DNA from: Solirubrobacteraceae bacterium
GTDB taxonomy: Bacteria > Actinomycetota > Thermoleophilia > Solirubrobacterales > Solirubrobacteraceae
DNA length: 64,000 nucleotides
NCBI GenBank assembly: GCA_030447505.1
Contig: JAUJOT010000008.1
Location: 97,400 to 161,399, forward strand
Direction of reading: 5' to 3'
Position numbers and translations under genes: made by a program. Shown here in pieces: positions 9,076-18,093 of this stretch (position 1 is the stretch's first letter; every line of letters begins with the position of its first letter). Under the pieces are notes generated by a model. The model saw only the letters and a list, made by a program, of their open reading frames with translations. It did not search any database and was not told the DNA's origin.

Positions 9076-9843
9076 TCACGCCGTCCGCCTGCGCAGCAGG
9101 TACGTGTCCATGATCCAGCCCTTGCGCTCGCGTGCCTGCGCCCGCACGCGCTCGATCTCGCCGGCGATGTCGTCGAGCGCGCCCGCGATCAGGATCTCGT
9201 CGGGCGTGCCGAGGTAGGCACCCCAGTAGATGTCGATCTCCTCGCCGCGGAGGTTGCCGAACGAGCAGTGCGCGTCGAGCATGACGACGACGTCGGGGGC
9301 GTTCTCGGGGAAGCCCTCGCGAGCGAGGCGACGGCCGGTCGTGACGTGGACTGCCTCGCCGACGCGGTTGAGCGCGATCGCGTGGCGGGCGCAGAGCGCG
9401 GCGATCGCGCTGACGCCGGGAATGACGTCGACGGCGAACCGCACGCGGCCCGCCGCGAGGATCGAGTCGACGATCGTGAGCGTCGAGTCGTACAGCGACG
9501 GGTCGCCCCAGACGAGGATCGCGCCGGTCCCGCCCTCCTCGTCGAGCTCGTCGGCGATCAGGCGCTCCCAGATCTCGGCCCGGGCGCGGCGCCAGTCGTC
9601 CACGGCGGAGGCGTACGCCGCGGCCGTGCGGTCGCGCTCGGGGTCGCGGACGGCGACGATGCGGTAGGACTGATCTTCGATGAAGCGCTCGCACACCTCG
9701 CGGCGCAGGGCGACGAGGTCGTCCTTCTGCTCGCCCTTCTCGACGACGAAGAAGACGTCCACCTCGTTGAGCGCGCGGATCGCCTGCTGCGTGACGTACT
9801 CGGGGTCGCCCGCGCCGATCCCGATCAGCAGCATGCGCCTCAT
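9076..9843 (-). CDS. cobF: precorrin-6A synthase (deacetylating)
   Basis: MLLIGIGAGDPEYVT..., ILVWGDPSLYDS and IPGVSAI are present, and the length is CobF-like (255 aa). Confidence 0.9.
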   Translation of the reverse strand: MRRMLLIGIGAGDPEYVTQQAIRALNEVDVFFVVEKGEQKDDLVALRREVCERFIEDQSYRIVAVRDPERDRTAAAYASAVDDWRRARAEIWERLIADELDEEGGTGAILVWGDPSLYDSTLTIVDSILAAGRVRFAVDVIPGVSAIAALCARHAIALNRVGEAVHVTTGRRLAREGFPENAPDVVVMLDAHCSFGNLRGEEIDIYWGAYLGTPDEILIAGALDDIAGEIERVRAQARERKGWIMDTYLLRRRTA

Positions 9844-9860
9844 CGCGGGGGGCTGACGCG

Positions 9861-10610
9861 ATGCCGACCGTGCTCGTGCTCGGCGGCACCGGTGAGGCGC
9901 GCGCCCTCGCCGCGGCGCTCGCAGAGATCCCCGGCACGCGCGTCATCTCCACGCTCGCCGGGCGGATCGCCAGGCCGCGCCTGCCCGTCGGCGAGGTGCG
10001 CGTGGGCGGCTTCGGCGGGCCGGCCGGGCTCGGCGAGTACATCGCAGAGCAGCGCGTCGACGCGGTCGTCGACGCGACGCACCCGTTCGCGGAGCGCATG
10101 TCGTGGTCGGCCTCGAAGGCGTGCGCGGCGACGAACACGAAGCTGCTGCGCCTCGAGCGCCCGCCGTTCCCGCGCGACCCCGCGATCGACTGGCGCGAGG
10201 TCGAGTCGCTCGCGCAGGCGGCGCAGTCGCTGCCCGCAGCCGGCCGCCGCGTCTTCCTCACGACCGGCCGCCAGGGCCTCGCCGCGTTCGCAGCCACGTC
10301 CGACGCCTTCTTCCTGATCCGCTGCGTCGACGCGCCCGATCCCGAGGCGCTTCCGCCCGATCGAGCCGTCCTGCTCGACCGCGGACCGTTCACGCTCGAG
10401 GGCGAGCTGGACCTGGTCGACCGCCACGCGCTCGACGTCCTGATCACAAAGGACTCCGGCGGTGAGATGACCCAGGCAAAGCTCGCCGCCGCGCGCGAAC
10501 GCGGCCTGCCGGTGATCGTCGTCGCCCGCCCGCCGCGGCCCGCCGCGCAGACCGTGCAGACCGTCTCGGAGGCGCTCGCCTGGCTCGGCGAGCACGCTCA
10601 CGACGGGTAG
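9861..10610 (+). CDS. cobK: precorrin-6A reductase
   Basis: VLVLGGTGEARALAAAL, VDATHPFA and LITKDSGG are the CobK/CbiJ pattern. Confidence 0.9.
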   Translation: MPTVLVLGGTGEARALAAALAEIPGTRVISTLAGRIARPRLPVGEVRVGGFGGPAGLGEYIAEQRVDAVVDATHPFAERMSWSASKACAATNTKLLRLERPPFPRDPAIDWREVESLAQAAQSLPAAGRRVFLTTGRQGLAAFAATSDAFFLIRCVDAPDPEALPPDRAVLLDRGPFTLEGELDLVDRHALDVLITKDSGGEMTQAKLAAARERGLPVIVVARPPRPAAQTVQTVSEALAWLGEHAHDG

Positions 10611-12118
10611 CTGCGCGGCGTGTAGACGAGCGTGCGCCCGCCGGCGCCGCTGATGACGCGCGTCGTCGACGAGCCGACGACGAGCAGCGTGCGCATGTCG
10701 ACCTGCTCGGCGTCGAAGCCGCCGAGCGTCGAGACCGAGATCGACTCGCCCGCGCCGCCGACGTCGCGCGCCACGACGACCGGGCAGTCCGGCGCACGGT
10801 GGCGCAGCAGCACCTCGCGCGCGCGCACGAGCTGCTCGCGGCGCGTCCGCGACGCGGGGTTGTAGAGCGCCAGCGCGAGGTCGGCCGCGCCCGCCGCGTC
10901 GAGCCGGCGTTCGATGACCTCCCACGGCTTGCGCTGGTCTGACAGCGAGATGACCGCGAAGTCGTGGCCGAGCGGCGCGCCGACGCGCGCCGCGGCGGCG
11001 TGCATCGCCGACAGCCCCGGCACGACGCGCAGATCGACGTTCTGAAACTGCCCGTTGCCCGACTCGACGGCCTCGAGCACCGCGGTCGCCATCGCGAAGA
11101 TGCCAGGGTCGCCCGACGACACGACCGCCACCGAGCAACCGGCCGCAGCCAGCTCCAGCGCGTGGCGCGCGCGGTCCATCTCGACGCGGTTGTCGCTTGC
11201 GTGGCGACGCTGCCCGGCCCGCTGCGGGACGCGGTCCAGGTATGGCCCGTAGCCGACGAGGTCGTCGGCCGTCGCCAGCGCCGCGCTCGCCTCGGGCGTC
11301 AGCCAGACGGGCCCGGCGGGTCCGAGCCCGACGACCGCGAGCGCGCCGCGGCCGGCTGCGCCGGCGCCTGCACCCGCCGCAGCTGCTGCGGTTGCGCTGC
11401 GCGCGGTCGGCACGAGCACGAGCGACATGTACGGCACGGCGCCCTCGACCTCGTCCAACGCGGCGACGCGCTCGTCCTCGTGGGACGCCCGCTCGACGTA
11501 GACGCCGCGCTCGCCGACGCCGGCGATCGCCGCTGCATCCCGCACCCCGTCGAAGCGCCGCCCGAGCTTCATCACGACCGCCGCGTCGGCGTCGCGCAGG
11601 CGCGCGGCGAGCACGTCGGGCGGCAGCGTCCCGGGCGCGACGACGAGGACGTCGTCGCGCTTGGCAAGCGGCGTGCCGGCCGCCGCGGCGGCCGCGCTGA
11701 ACGCCGTCACTCCCGGCACGACCTCCGTCGCATAGCGCTCGGCGAGGCGCTCGTGCAGGTAGATGTAGGAGCCGTAGAAGAACGGGTCGCCCTCGCAGAG
11801 GAACACGATGTCGAGACCCGCGTCCAGCCCGGCCGCGATCCGCGCGGCGGACTCGTCGTAGAAGTCGCGCAGCGCGCCCTCGTAGCCCTCCGGGTGGTCC
11901 GTCTCGCCCGTCGTCACCGGATAGACGAGCGCGAGCTCCTGACAGCCCGCCGCGATCCACGGCGCCGCCGCCTGGCGCGCGATCGAGCTGCCCGCGCGCT
12001 TCTCCGGATAGGCGACGACATCGCAGGCGCCGATCACCCGCTGCGCTTTGACCGTGACGAGCTCGGGATCGCCCGGGCCGACTCCGACGCCGAACAGGCG
12101 CCCCGCTGACGCGCTCAT
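10598..12118 (-). CDS. cobIJ: fused precorrin-2 C20-methyltransferase / precorrin-3B C17-methyltransferase
   Basis: ATG at 12118 sits in an ATGA overlap with the cobH stop. There are two tandem tetrapyrrole-methylase domains: LFGVGVGPGDPELVT... and LAVVGLGPAGPVWLTPEA...VSSGDPGIF. Confidence 0.9.
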   Translation of the reverse strand: MSASAGRLFGVGVGPGDPELVTVKAQRVIGACDVVAYPEKRAGSSIARQAAAPWIAAGCQELALVYPVTTGETDHPEGYEGALRDFYDESAARIAAGLDAGLDIVFLCEGDPFFYGSYIYLHERLAERYATEVVPGVTAFSAAAAAAGTPLAKRDDVLVVAPGTLPPDVLAARLRDADAAVVMKLGRRFDGVRDAAAIAGVGERGVYVERASHEDERVAALDEVEGAVPYMSLVLVPTARSATAAAAAGAGAGAAGRGALAVVGLGPAGPVWLTPEASAALATADDLVGYGPYLDRVPQRAGQRRHASDNRVEMDRARHALELAAAGCSVAVVSSGDPGIFAMATAVLEAVESGNGQFQNVDLRVVPGLSAMHAAAARVGAPLGHDFAVISLSDQRKPWEVIERRLDAAGAADLALALYNPASRTRREQLVRAREVLLRHRAPDCPVVVARDVGGAGESISVSTLGGFDAEQVDMRTLLVVGSSTTRVISGAGGRTLVYTPRSYPS

Positions 12119-12744
12119 TCCGCCACCTGCGCGAGCGCGTTGACGGCGGCCGCCGCGATCGCGCTGCCACCGCGCCGGCCGTGGACGACGAGGTACTCCA
12201 GGCCGGCGTCGTTGGCCGCCAGGGCGACCTTCGACTCGGCGGCACCGACGAAGCCGACTGGCACGCCGATCACGGCGGCGGGCCGCGCGATCTCGTCCTC
12301 CTCGATCAGCTCGAGCAGTCGAAACAGCGCCGTCGGCGCGTTGCCGACCACGACGAGCGCGCCGTCGAGCCGGTCGCGCCAATGCTCCAGCGCAGCCGCA
12401 CTGCGGGTCGTGCGCAGCGAGCGGGCGAGCTCGACGACGCCGGGCTTGCCCAGCGTGCAGACCACGTCGTTGGAGGCGGGCAGCCGCGCGCGCGTGACGC
12501 CCGCGGCGACCATCGCGGTGTCGCAGAGGATCGGGGCGCCCGCGCGCAGCGCACGCTCGGCGGCCACGCCGAAGTCCGACGAGAACGCCAGATCGGACAC
12601 GAGGTCGACCATGCCGCAGGCGTGGATCATCCGCACCGCCACGCGCTCGAGGACCGGATCCAGGCCGGCGAGGTCGGCTTCGGCGCGGATCGTGGCGAAC
12701 GACCGGCGGTAGATCTGCGCGCCGTCGCGCTCGTAGACGATCAT
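12115..12744 (-). CDS. cobH: precorrin-8X methylmutase
   Basis: ATG at 12744 sits in an ATGA overlap with the cobG stop. RMIHACGMVD, VVGNAPTAL and GFVGAAESK are present. Confidence 0.9.
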   Translation of the reverse strand: MIVYERDGAQIYRRSFATIRAEADLAGLDPVLERVAVRMIHACGMVDLVSDLAFSSDFGVAAERALRAGAPILCDTAMVAAGVTRARLPASNDVVCTLGKPGVVELARSLRTTRSAAALEHWRDRLDGALVVVGNAPTALFRLLELIEEDEIARPAAVIGVPVGFVGAAESKVALAANDAGLEYLVVHGRRGGSAIAAAAVNALAQVAE

Positions 12745-13958
12745 CGCGCCGCCTGCGCGAGCAGAAGCGACGCGGCGCGGCGCAGCGACCGCACGTGCGT
12801 CGTCCGCGCGTCGTAGCGCACCTCGACATCCGCCGCCTCGCGCACCGCGACGGCGACCGGCGTGCCGGGCAGCTCGCCGCAGCGCCGCTCGCACGCCGCC
12901 CAGTGCTCGGCGGGGTGGGTCGCCGCTCGTACGCGCGCACGGTCGGCCGCGGCCGCGCGCACGTCGGCCAGCGCGTGCGCGCAGCCTGCCGTCCCGGCGC
13001 AGGCCGTCAGGCCGATCCAGCCCGAGGAGCGGTCGAGCACGAGCTGCGCCGTCGCGAGCGCGTCGCGCGTCGCGGCGACGGCGTCGGGCTCGAGGTCGAC
13101 GAGCGTCACGCTGCGTCTCGTCGACAGCCGCACGTCGTCGCTCAGCGCCGCGAGCGACCGCAGCAGCCCGGGCCAGAGCTGGCCGAGCGGCGCGAGCGCG
13201 GTCAGCGCGCAGCGGCCGTCGCGCTGCTCGACGACGCCCGGCCCGAAGCCGCACGTGCGCGCCGCGCGCGTCAGCGGCGCCAGTCGTAGACCGAGCATCG
13301 CGGCGATCCTGTCGGCGCCGCCGGGCGTCTCCGACAGCCGCCAGGCGTCCCCGCGCAGCGCGACGAACACCTCGGCAGCGCCGACGGCGACCGCGACCGC
13401 TGTCCTGTCGTCGCCTTGAAACTCGATCGGCCTGCCGTCGAGCGCGACGCCGAACTTCCCGCCGCCGCGGGCGACGACCGTGACATCGGGCCCGATCTCC
13501 CGGCCGGCACCGGTTCCGTCATCGACGAGAAAGCAGAAGCGGCCCGGCAGATCGTGCAGCCGATGGGCCGCCATGAGCCGTGCGTCGAGCAGCGCGACGA
13601 CGTCGTCGACCTCGTCCAGGGCCCCCGGGGCGCGGCCCGCCAGCGGGCTCGCGAGCACGTTGCGGACGCGGTCGTGCGCCGCCGACGGCAGCAGCCCGAC
13701 CGCCTCGAGCGGCGCAGCGAGGGCGCCGGCCGCGTCGGGCGCGAGGCCGCGTAGCTGCAGGTTCGCGCGGGCGGTCAGGTCGACGAGCCCGTTGCCGAGC
13801 TCCTCGGAGATCACCGCCAGCGCAAGCAGCGCGGCGGCCGTCAGGCGTCCGCCGGGGACACGGACGCGCGCCAGCCAGCCGTCGGCGGCTTCGTGCAGGG
13901 CGAGCACGCCGGGGCAGCGATCCTGGCGGGCGCGCTGATCCGGCGCGGCGGACGTCAC
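12741..13958 (-). CDS. cobG: precorrin-3B synthase (oxygen-dependent)
   Basis: GTG at 13958. DRCPGVLALHEAADGWLARVRVPGGRL...LTARANLQLRGL is the sulfite/nitrite-reductase-like half-domain pattern. The 497-aa track ORF upstream of this GTG is Arg-rich. Confidence 0.85.
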   Translation of the reverse strand: MTSAAPDQRARQDRCPGVLALHEAADGWLARVRVPGGRLTAAALLALAVISEELGNGLVDLTARANLQLRGLAPDAAGALAAPLEAVGLLPSAAHDRVRNVLASPLAGRAPGALDEVDDVVALLDARLMAAHRLHDLPGRFCFLVDDGTGAGREIGPDVTVVARGGGKFGVALDGRPIEFQGDDRTAVAVAVGAAEVFVALRGDAWRLSETPGGADRIAAMLGLRLAPLTRAARTCGFGPGVVEQRDGRCALTALAPLGQLWPGLLRSLAALSDDVRLSTRRSVTLVDLEPDAVAATRDALATAQLVLDRSSGWIGLTACAGTAGCAHALADVRAAAADRARVRAATHPAEHWAACERRCGELPGTPVAVAVREAADVEVRYDARTTHVRSLRRAASLLLAQAAR

Positions 13959-14039
13959 GACGCCAAATCTATTCGGTCTCCCCGCCCGCGAGCACCCCGA
14001 TCGGAGCCGGCCGGCGCTCCGGCAGCTACCGTTTCGACG

Positions 14040-14372
14040 ATGACCTGGCCCGTCGCCTCCGGCTCGCTGCTGCTCGGCTTCGCCGTCGCCCAGGCGACCG
14101 GCATTCGCCCGCTCGGCGGGATCGTGCTGATCGCGGGCTGCGCGTGGTGCGCGATGCGCTGGCTGCGCGCCGCCGGAGCGGCGCGCACGGCGGCCCTCGT
14201 CCTGATCTACGTCGGCGCGTTCGTGCTGTCGCACGTCGTCGCCGACGCGCTCGGCGCCTGGCCGTCGGTCCTGCTTGCGGCCGCGGTCACCGGGATCGCG
14301 GCCTACGTGCTCGCCGACAGCGCGACCGGCGGCGGCGTCAGTCCTGCCCGCGCTCGACCTTTACGCCCGTGA
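14040..14372 (+). CDS. small multi-pass membrane protein (hypothetical)
   Basis: ATG at 14040. The 110-aa product has 3-4 hydrophobic helices (LLLGFAVAQATG, IVLIAGCAWCAM, LVLIYVGAFVLSHVV, VLLAAAVTGIAAYVL). Its 3' end overlaps the convergent gene by 35 nt. Confidence 0.5.
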   Translation: MTWPVASGSLLLGFAVAQATGIRPLGGIVLIAGCAWCAMRWLRAAGAARTAALVLIYVGAFVLSHVVADALGAWPSVLLAAAVTGIAAYVLADSATGGGVSPARARPLRP

Positions 14373-14889
14373 ACTCCGTGTCGACGGGCTTCGCGAAGCG
14401 ACAGCCGTTGATCTCGTCGTGGCGGTGGAACGTCGGCGGCTCGATGTGCACCTTGAGCGTGTACTCGCCGTCGCTGGGAACCTCCCAGTTGCGCCCGTAG
14501 TGGTAGATCATCGGGTGCCACAGCAGCGGGTGCTCGTGCGTGCCGACCTCGTTGCCGTCAGGGTCGATCAGCGTGGCGGTCACGTTCAGCCCCGGGATGA
14601 AGCGCCCGTCTGACGCATCGCAGACCGCGATCTCCACATGCAGGTTCTCGTTCTCGGGCTCATGCCAGGCGAGCTTGCCGTCCTGCCACATGTACATCCC
14701 CTCGGCCTCCTCGATCGCGTAGGCGACGAGGTACTCGTCCGCGGGGTGCATGCCGCCGTCGTGGGCGACGCTCTCGGCCATGTGGTCGAGCGCCTCGCGA
14801 TAGGCCTCGCCCTGCCTGCGGGCAAGCTCGAGCTGCTTTGCGTCGGCTTCCGAGCTGGTCGGATCCATCGGTGGGTTCTCTGTGCTCAT
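14338..14889 (-). CDS. cytoplasmic His-rich protein resembling the P19/Tp34-type 'iron transport' (PF10634-like) fold; function uncertain
   Basis: ATG at 14889. YLVAYAIEEAEGMY..., NLHVEIAVCDASDGRFIPGL, LLWHPMIYHYGRNW and the YTLKVHIEPPTFHRHD pattern are present. There is no signal peptide. Confidence 0.7.
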   Translation of the reverse strand: MSTENPPMDPTSSEADAKQLELARRQGEAYREALDHMAESVAHDGGMHPADEYLVAYAIEEAEGMYMWQDGKLAWHEPENENLHVEIAVCDASDGRFIPGLNVTATLIDPDGNEVGTHEHPLLWHPMIYHYGRNWEVPSDGEYTLKVHIEPPTFHRHDEINGCRFAKPVDTEFTGVKVERGQD

Positions 14890-15517
14890 GCCTGTGCGGG
14901 TACCCCGCGGCCGGACCCGTCTACCGGGTCCGCGCGATGGTTGGCAGGGCTGGCACTGCGGGCGGGGACAAGCGAGCTTCAAGCCGCTGGTCTCGTCGCG
15001 CAAGCCGGCGCTTTCATCGCCACCGCGAACTCTGCAGCGAATCGCGGCGGCGGGGCAAGATTGACGCAGAGCCGCGATCAGGATGCTGATTCGGTGCGTA
15101 GCCGGTCGGGCTGCAGCGCTGCTTACTTTGAGGAGCCTGCCTGACCCCGCGCTCGCAGCCGCTACCACGGCGGGCCGTAACGCATCGACGTTTCCGTTCG
15201 CTGTCGTTCGCGTTACGTCGCGCGGTCGCAACGGTTACATCTGCATTACATCGCCGAGCGTCCGCGGCCACTAGGACGCGGTGTACAAAGCCGAACGCGC
15301 AGGTTCGACAGCCGGTCGATAGCGCGCGCTGCGTCGCCGCGGCACGCTTTCGTTGCCCAGTCACTCGAGCAAGTCGTCGTGCGCGGTGGGCGTCACGCGG
15401 CCTGTCATTTGTCCTGGCAAGGGCCGCCGGTCGACCGGTGGCATGCAAGGACTGGGCGCAATGCAGACGCCCGTCCGCCGGCAGCTCGGCCTCGTCGCAG
15501 GAATAGAAAGAAGGCAG

Positions 15518-16366
15518 ATGGCTTACCTCAGCCCAGCGGAGTACACGACCAAAGCGGTCGATGCCGGCGCGTCAAAGGTCCTCATGTCGACTCGCGACAC
15601 CCTGATCCGCTCCACGATGGCTGGGGCAATCCTCGCGCTCGCCGCAGCCTTCGCAGTGACGATCTCGGTGCAGACCGGAGAGCCGTTGGCCGGGGCAGTC
15701 CTCTTTCCCGTCGGTTTCGTCCTGCTCTATCTGCTCGGGTTCGACCTGCTGACGGGCGTCTTCATGCTGACGCCGCTTGCCCTCCTCGACAAGCGGCCCG
15801 GCGTGACGTGGCGGGGCATCCTGCGCAACTGGTCGCTCGTCTTCGTCGGCAACTTCGCCGGCGCCTTCTTGGTCGCGCTGATGATGGCGACCACGTTCAC
15901 CTTCGCCTTCACAGAAGTCCCCGACGCGGTCGGCCAGAAAATCGGCGCCATCGGCGAGAGCCGGACGCTCGGGTACGCCGACCATGGCGCCGCCGGGATG
16001 CTCACGCTCTTCATCCGCGCGATGCTCTGCAACTGGATGGTCTGCACCGGCGTGATCGCCGCGATGATGTCGACGACGGTGACGGGCAAGACGATCGCGA
16101 TGTGGCTGCCGATCATGCTCTTCTTCTACATGGGCTTCGAGCACTCCATCGTCAACATGTTCCTCTTCCCGTCGGGCCTCCTGCTCGGCGGCGACTTCAC
16201 GATCGGGGACTACTTGGTCTGGAACGAGATCCCGACGGTCGTCGGCAATCTCGTGGGCGGCCTGGCCTTCGTTGGCTTGACGCTCTATTCGACCAATCTC
16301 CGCACTGGCTCGAAGAAGCTCCCGGCGAGCAAAACGGTCGCGGCCGAGAAGGTCGCGGCGGGATGA
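15518..16366 (+). CDS. formate/nitrite transporter (FNT) family channel
   Basis: ATG at 15518 follows GAAAGAAGG. LFPVGFVLLYLLGFDLLTG, CNWMVC and MGFEHSIVNMF are FNT signature regions. Confidence 0.9.
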   Translation: MAYLSPAEYTTKAVDAGASKVLMSTRDTLIRSTMAGAILALAAAFAVTISVQTGEPLAGAVLFPVGFVLLYLLGFDLLTGVFMLTPLALLDKRPGVTWRGILRNWSLVFVGNFAGAFLVALMMATTFTFAFTEVPDAVGQKIGAIGESRTLGYADHGAAGMLTLFIRAMLCNWMVCTGVIAAMMSTTVTGKTIAMWLPIMLFFYMGFEHSIVNMFLFPSGLLLGGDFTIGDYLVWNEIPTVVGNLVGGLAFVGLTLYSTNLRTGSKKLPASKTVAAEKVAAG

Positions 16367-16387
16367 TCTCGGGAGCGATGACCTGAG

Positions 16388-16819
16388 ATGCACGAGCGGA
16401 TCGATGCAGCGCGCCGGGCCGCCGGCCTGAGCTGGACCGAGCTGGCCCAGAGGGTCGGCGGGCCGCGCGTGCACACTACTGCCGCGCTGTTCGGTCAGCA
16501 CCCGCTCTTGGCTGAGCAGGCGCGGCGAGCCGCCGACGCGCTCGGAATGGACGCCGAGGAGACCGAGCGCCTGATCGAGATCCCGAGGGAAAGGATCGGA
16601 TCGAGGTTCGAGCTTCCGGCCGATCCGACGCTCTACCGCTTCTACGAGGCTCTCGCGGTGTACGGCCCGGCGCTCCGCGCCCTCATCCACGAAGAGTTCG
16701 GCGACGGGATCATGAGCGCCATCAACTTCAACATCGATCTCCGGCGTGTTGCGCATCCTGGTGGCGACCGCGTCGAAGTCGTACTCAACGGCAAGTTCCT
16801 CCCTTATCAGTGGGAGTGA
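16388..16819 (+). CDS. cynS: cyanase (cyanate hydratase)
   Basis: The N-terminal HTH-like half and the C-terminal EFGDGIMSAINFNIDL...NGKFLPY cyanase signature are both present. Confidence 0.9.
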   Translation: MHERIDAARRAAGLSWTELAQRVGGPRVHTTAALFGQHPLLAEQARRAADALGMDAEETERLIEIPRERIGSRFELPADPTLYRFYEALAVYGPALRALIHEEFGDGIMSAINFNIDLRRVAHPGGDRVEVVLNGKFLPYQWE

Positions 16820-16871
16820 GAACCCCGCCGAGCTCGCAGTGGCGGTCATCGCCCTTCTAACTGCGGGACGC

Positions 16872-16890
16872 CAACCGGACGCGCCGGTTG
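16872..16890 (+). terminator. hairpin downstream of cynS
   Basis: CAACCGG-ACGCG-CCGGTTG, 52 nt after the stop. There is no clear T-tract. Confidence 0.35.
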
Positions 16891-17268
16891 AGTGGAGGTG
16901 AGAGCGCCCCTTCTCGTCGAAGAGCAGCGTTCTCGACCTTGCCGGTCGAATCCTTGAACCAGACCGATGGAGGAACCTCTGCGGGGACAGAGCCGCGAGA
17001 GTGTCGCAATGCGCGAGAACCAGCGCTCTCGTCTGCGCCGGCCTGCCCCTGAATCGGCGTCGCTATGTACCTGACGATTAGCACCGTGCCATGCTCAGGT
17101 TCCGGCTCTACTGAGCCGCGGCGGCTCGCTCCGCGGGCGTTCATCCTTCGCGGCAGCTTCGATCTCCGCATTGTTGAGGCGAGCGTGGGGCCTTCCTGTG
17201 CGCCTTCTTCACCGAGACGACGACTCCGAGATGAGCGCGCAGCCATGACGTTAGAATACGAACCTCGA

Positions 17269-17821
17269 TCAAACCTCGAGTATGGCGCGCATCACGGCAA
17301 CAAACTCCGAAACGCGCGCTCGGTCAAGCGCGCTGAGCAGCTCGCCGACCGTCCTGCCGCCGCCCCAGGCCATCGCCTGCCGCAGGATGACGTCGCGGAA
17401 GAGCAGCGGCTCCTCATTGGCGAGCTCCGCCAACCATTCATCCGGATTCATCACTTCGACGCCCACTGAACGTAGCGCGTCGCGATCGTAGCCTTGATCG
17501 AACGTGAAAATGACCTGCGCTTCCCCGGCGATAGCGAGAGCACACACGTGCTCGTCGTCGGGGTCCGCAGTGAACGTTGACATCTTGGTGTCTAGCGACA
17601 GCGCGGAGAGGTCGGAACGGCCATTCGGAAAGGCCGTTGTCAAGTATCCGACCCAACGCCTCGCAACATCCTCGGACACACCTTTGCCCTGACGAAGCGC
17701 ACCTTCAGCCTCAGCCAAGAGTTCGTCGCTCCAAGATTAGGTCAAGCAGTCGAGCGTCGGTGGCGGCTCGGCCCAGCAGCTCGTGGAGTACGCGCGAGTA
17801 GATTACATCGACATCTAGCAC
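17269..17821 (-). pseudogene. PIN_3-type PIN-domain toxin gene split by a 1-nt frameshift
   Basis: GTG at 17821 gives VLDVDVIYSRVLHELLGRAATDARLLDLI, then stops at 17711. The next frame continues WSDELLAEAEGALRQ...DPDDEHVCALAIAGEAQVIFTFD to 17269. The two frames can only be joined between 17711 and 17739. Confidence 0.75.
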
Positions 17822-17847
17822 CGCCCGAAGAGGGCGACCAGCATGCC

Positions 17848-18093
17848 TCACTCGAGAGGTGCTCCAGCCTCGTCAAGACCGCGGCTGTGTGCGTCGGCAT
17901 GCTCGCGCGCCCGCTCACGAGATTGCTCAAACGCCACGACGCTGCTACGTGGGATCTGCGCCGAGCTCCCGGCCTCCGGGCCCTGTGAAGCCAGCGCCCC
18001 AATGCGCACGAGGTCGAGTACGTGCTCGCGCGTATAGCCAAGTCGTTGTGCCGTTTCGCTGACTGACAACGTCTCCTGACGCTCCCCTGACAT
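17848..18093 (-). CDS. HTH_17/excisionase-like DNA-binding protein, likely antitoxin of the PIN gene (may instead be the C-terminal domain of a longer protein)
   Basis: ATG at 18093. LSVSETAQRLGYTREHVLDLVRIGAL...IPRSSVVAF is present. The stop lies 26 nt upstream of the PIN start. The frame stays open upstream to 19455. Confidence 0.55.
   Translation of the reverse strand: MSGERQETLSVSETAQRLGYTREHVLDLVRIGALASQGPEAGSSAQIPRSSVVAFEQSRERAREHADAHSRGLDEAGAPLE

Noticed and set aside
9840-12245. 801-aa ORF, one of the longest in the track, with similar giants at 51025-53304(-), 10598-12940(-) beyond 12118, 2673-4031(-) and 231-1346(-).
   Set aside because: These are antisense or out-of-frame to genes with clear family motifs. 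They are extremely Arg/Pro/Ala/Gly-rich with no motifs, which is typical of shadow ORFs in very GC-rich DNA.
13959-14039. Possible cobalamin riboswitch upstream of cobG.
   Set aside because: Only 81 nt are available. GGAGACCG on the minus strand is a weak partial match, and I found no B12 box (GCCACTG context) or GGTG..AA.CC core. No riboswitch-sized leader exists before any cob gene in the window.
15269-15283. CACTAGGACGCGG, resembling the 5' end of a guanidine-I (ykkC) riboswitch.
   Set aside because: The downstream conserved GGUCCGAGAG and GCCCGGGAGA elements are missing.
16837-16843. CAGTGGC (GCCACTG on the minus strand), which is B12-box-like.
   Set aside because: It is an isolated heptamer just after the cynS stop, with none of the surrounding conserved riboswitch elements.
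16944-16953. GGTCGAATCC, a T-loop-like sequence, considered as a tRNA or island att site.
   Set aside because: No acceptor or anticodon arms can be folded around it, and it does not match GGTTCGAATCC exactly.
16857-17246. 129-aa minus-strand ORF in the left edge of the island.
   Set aside because: It is Arg/Ser-rich, has no motif, and the other frames are no better. I treated the region as non-coding.
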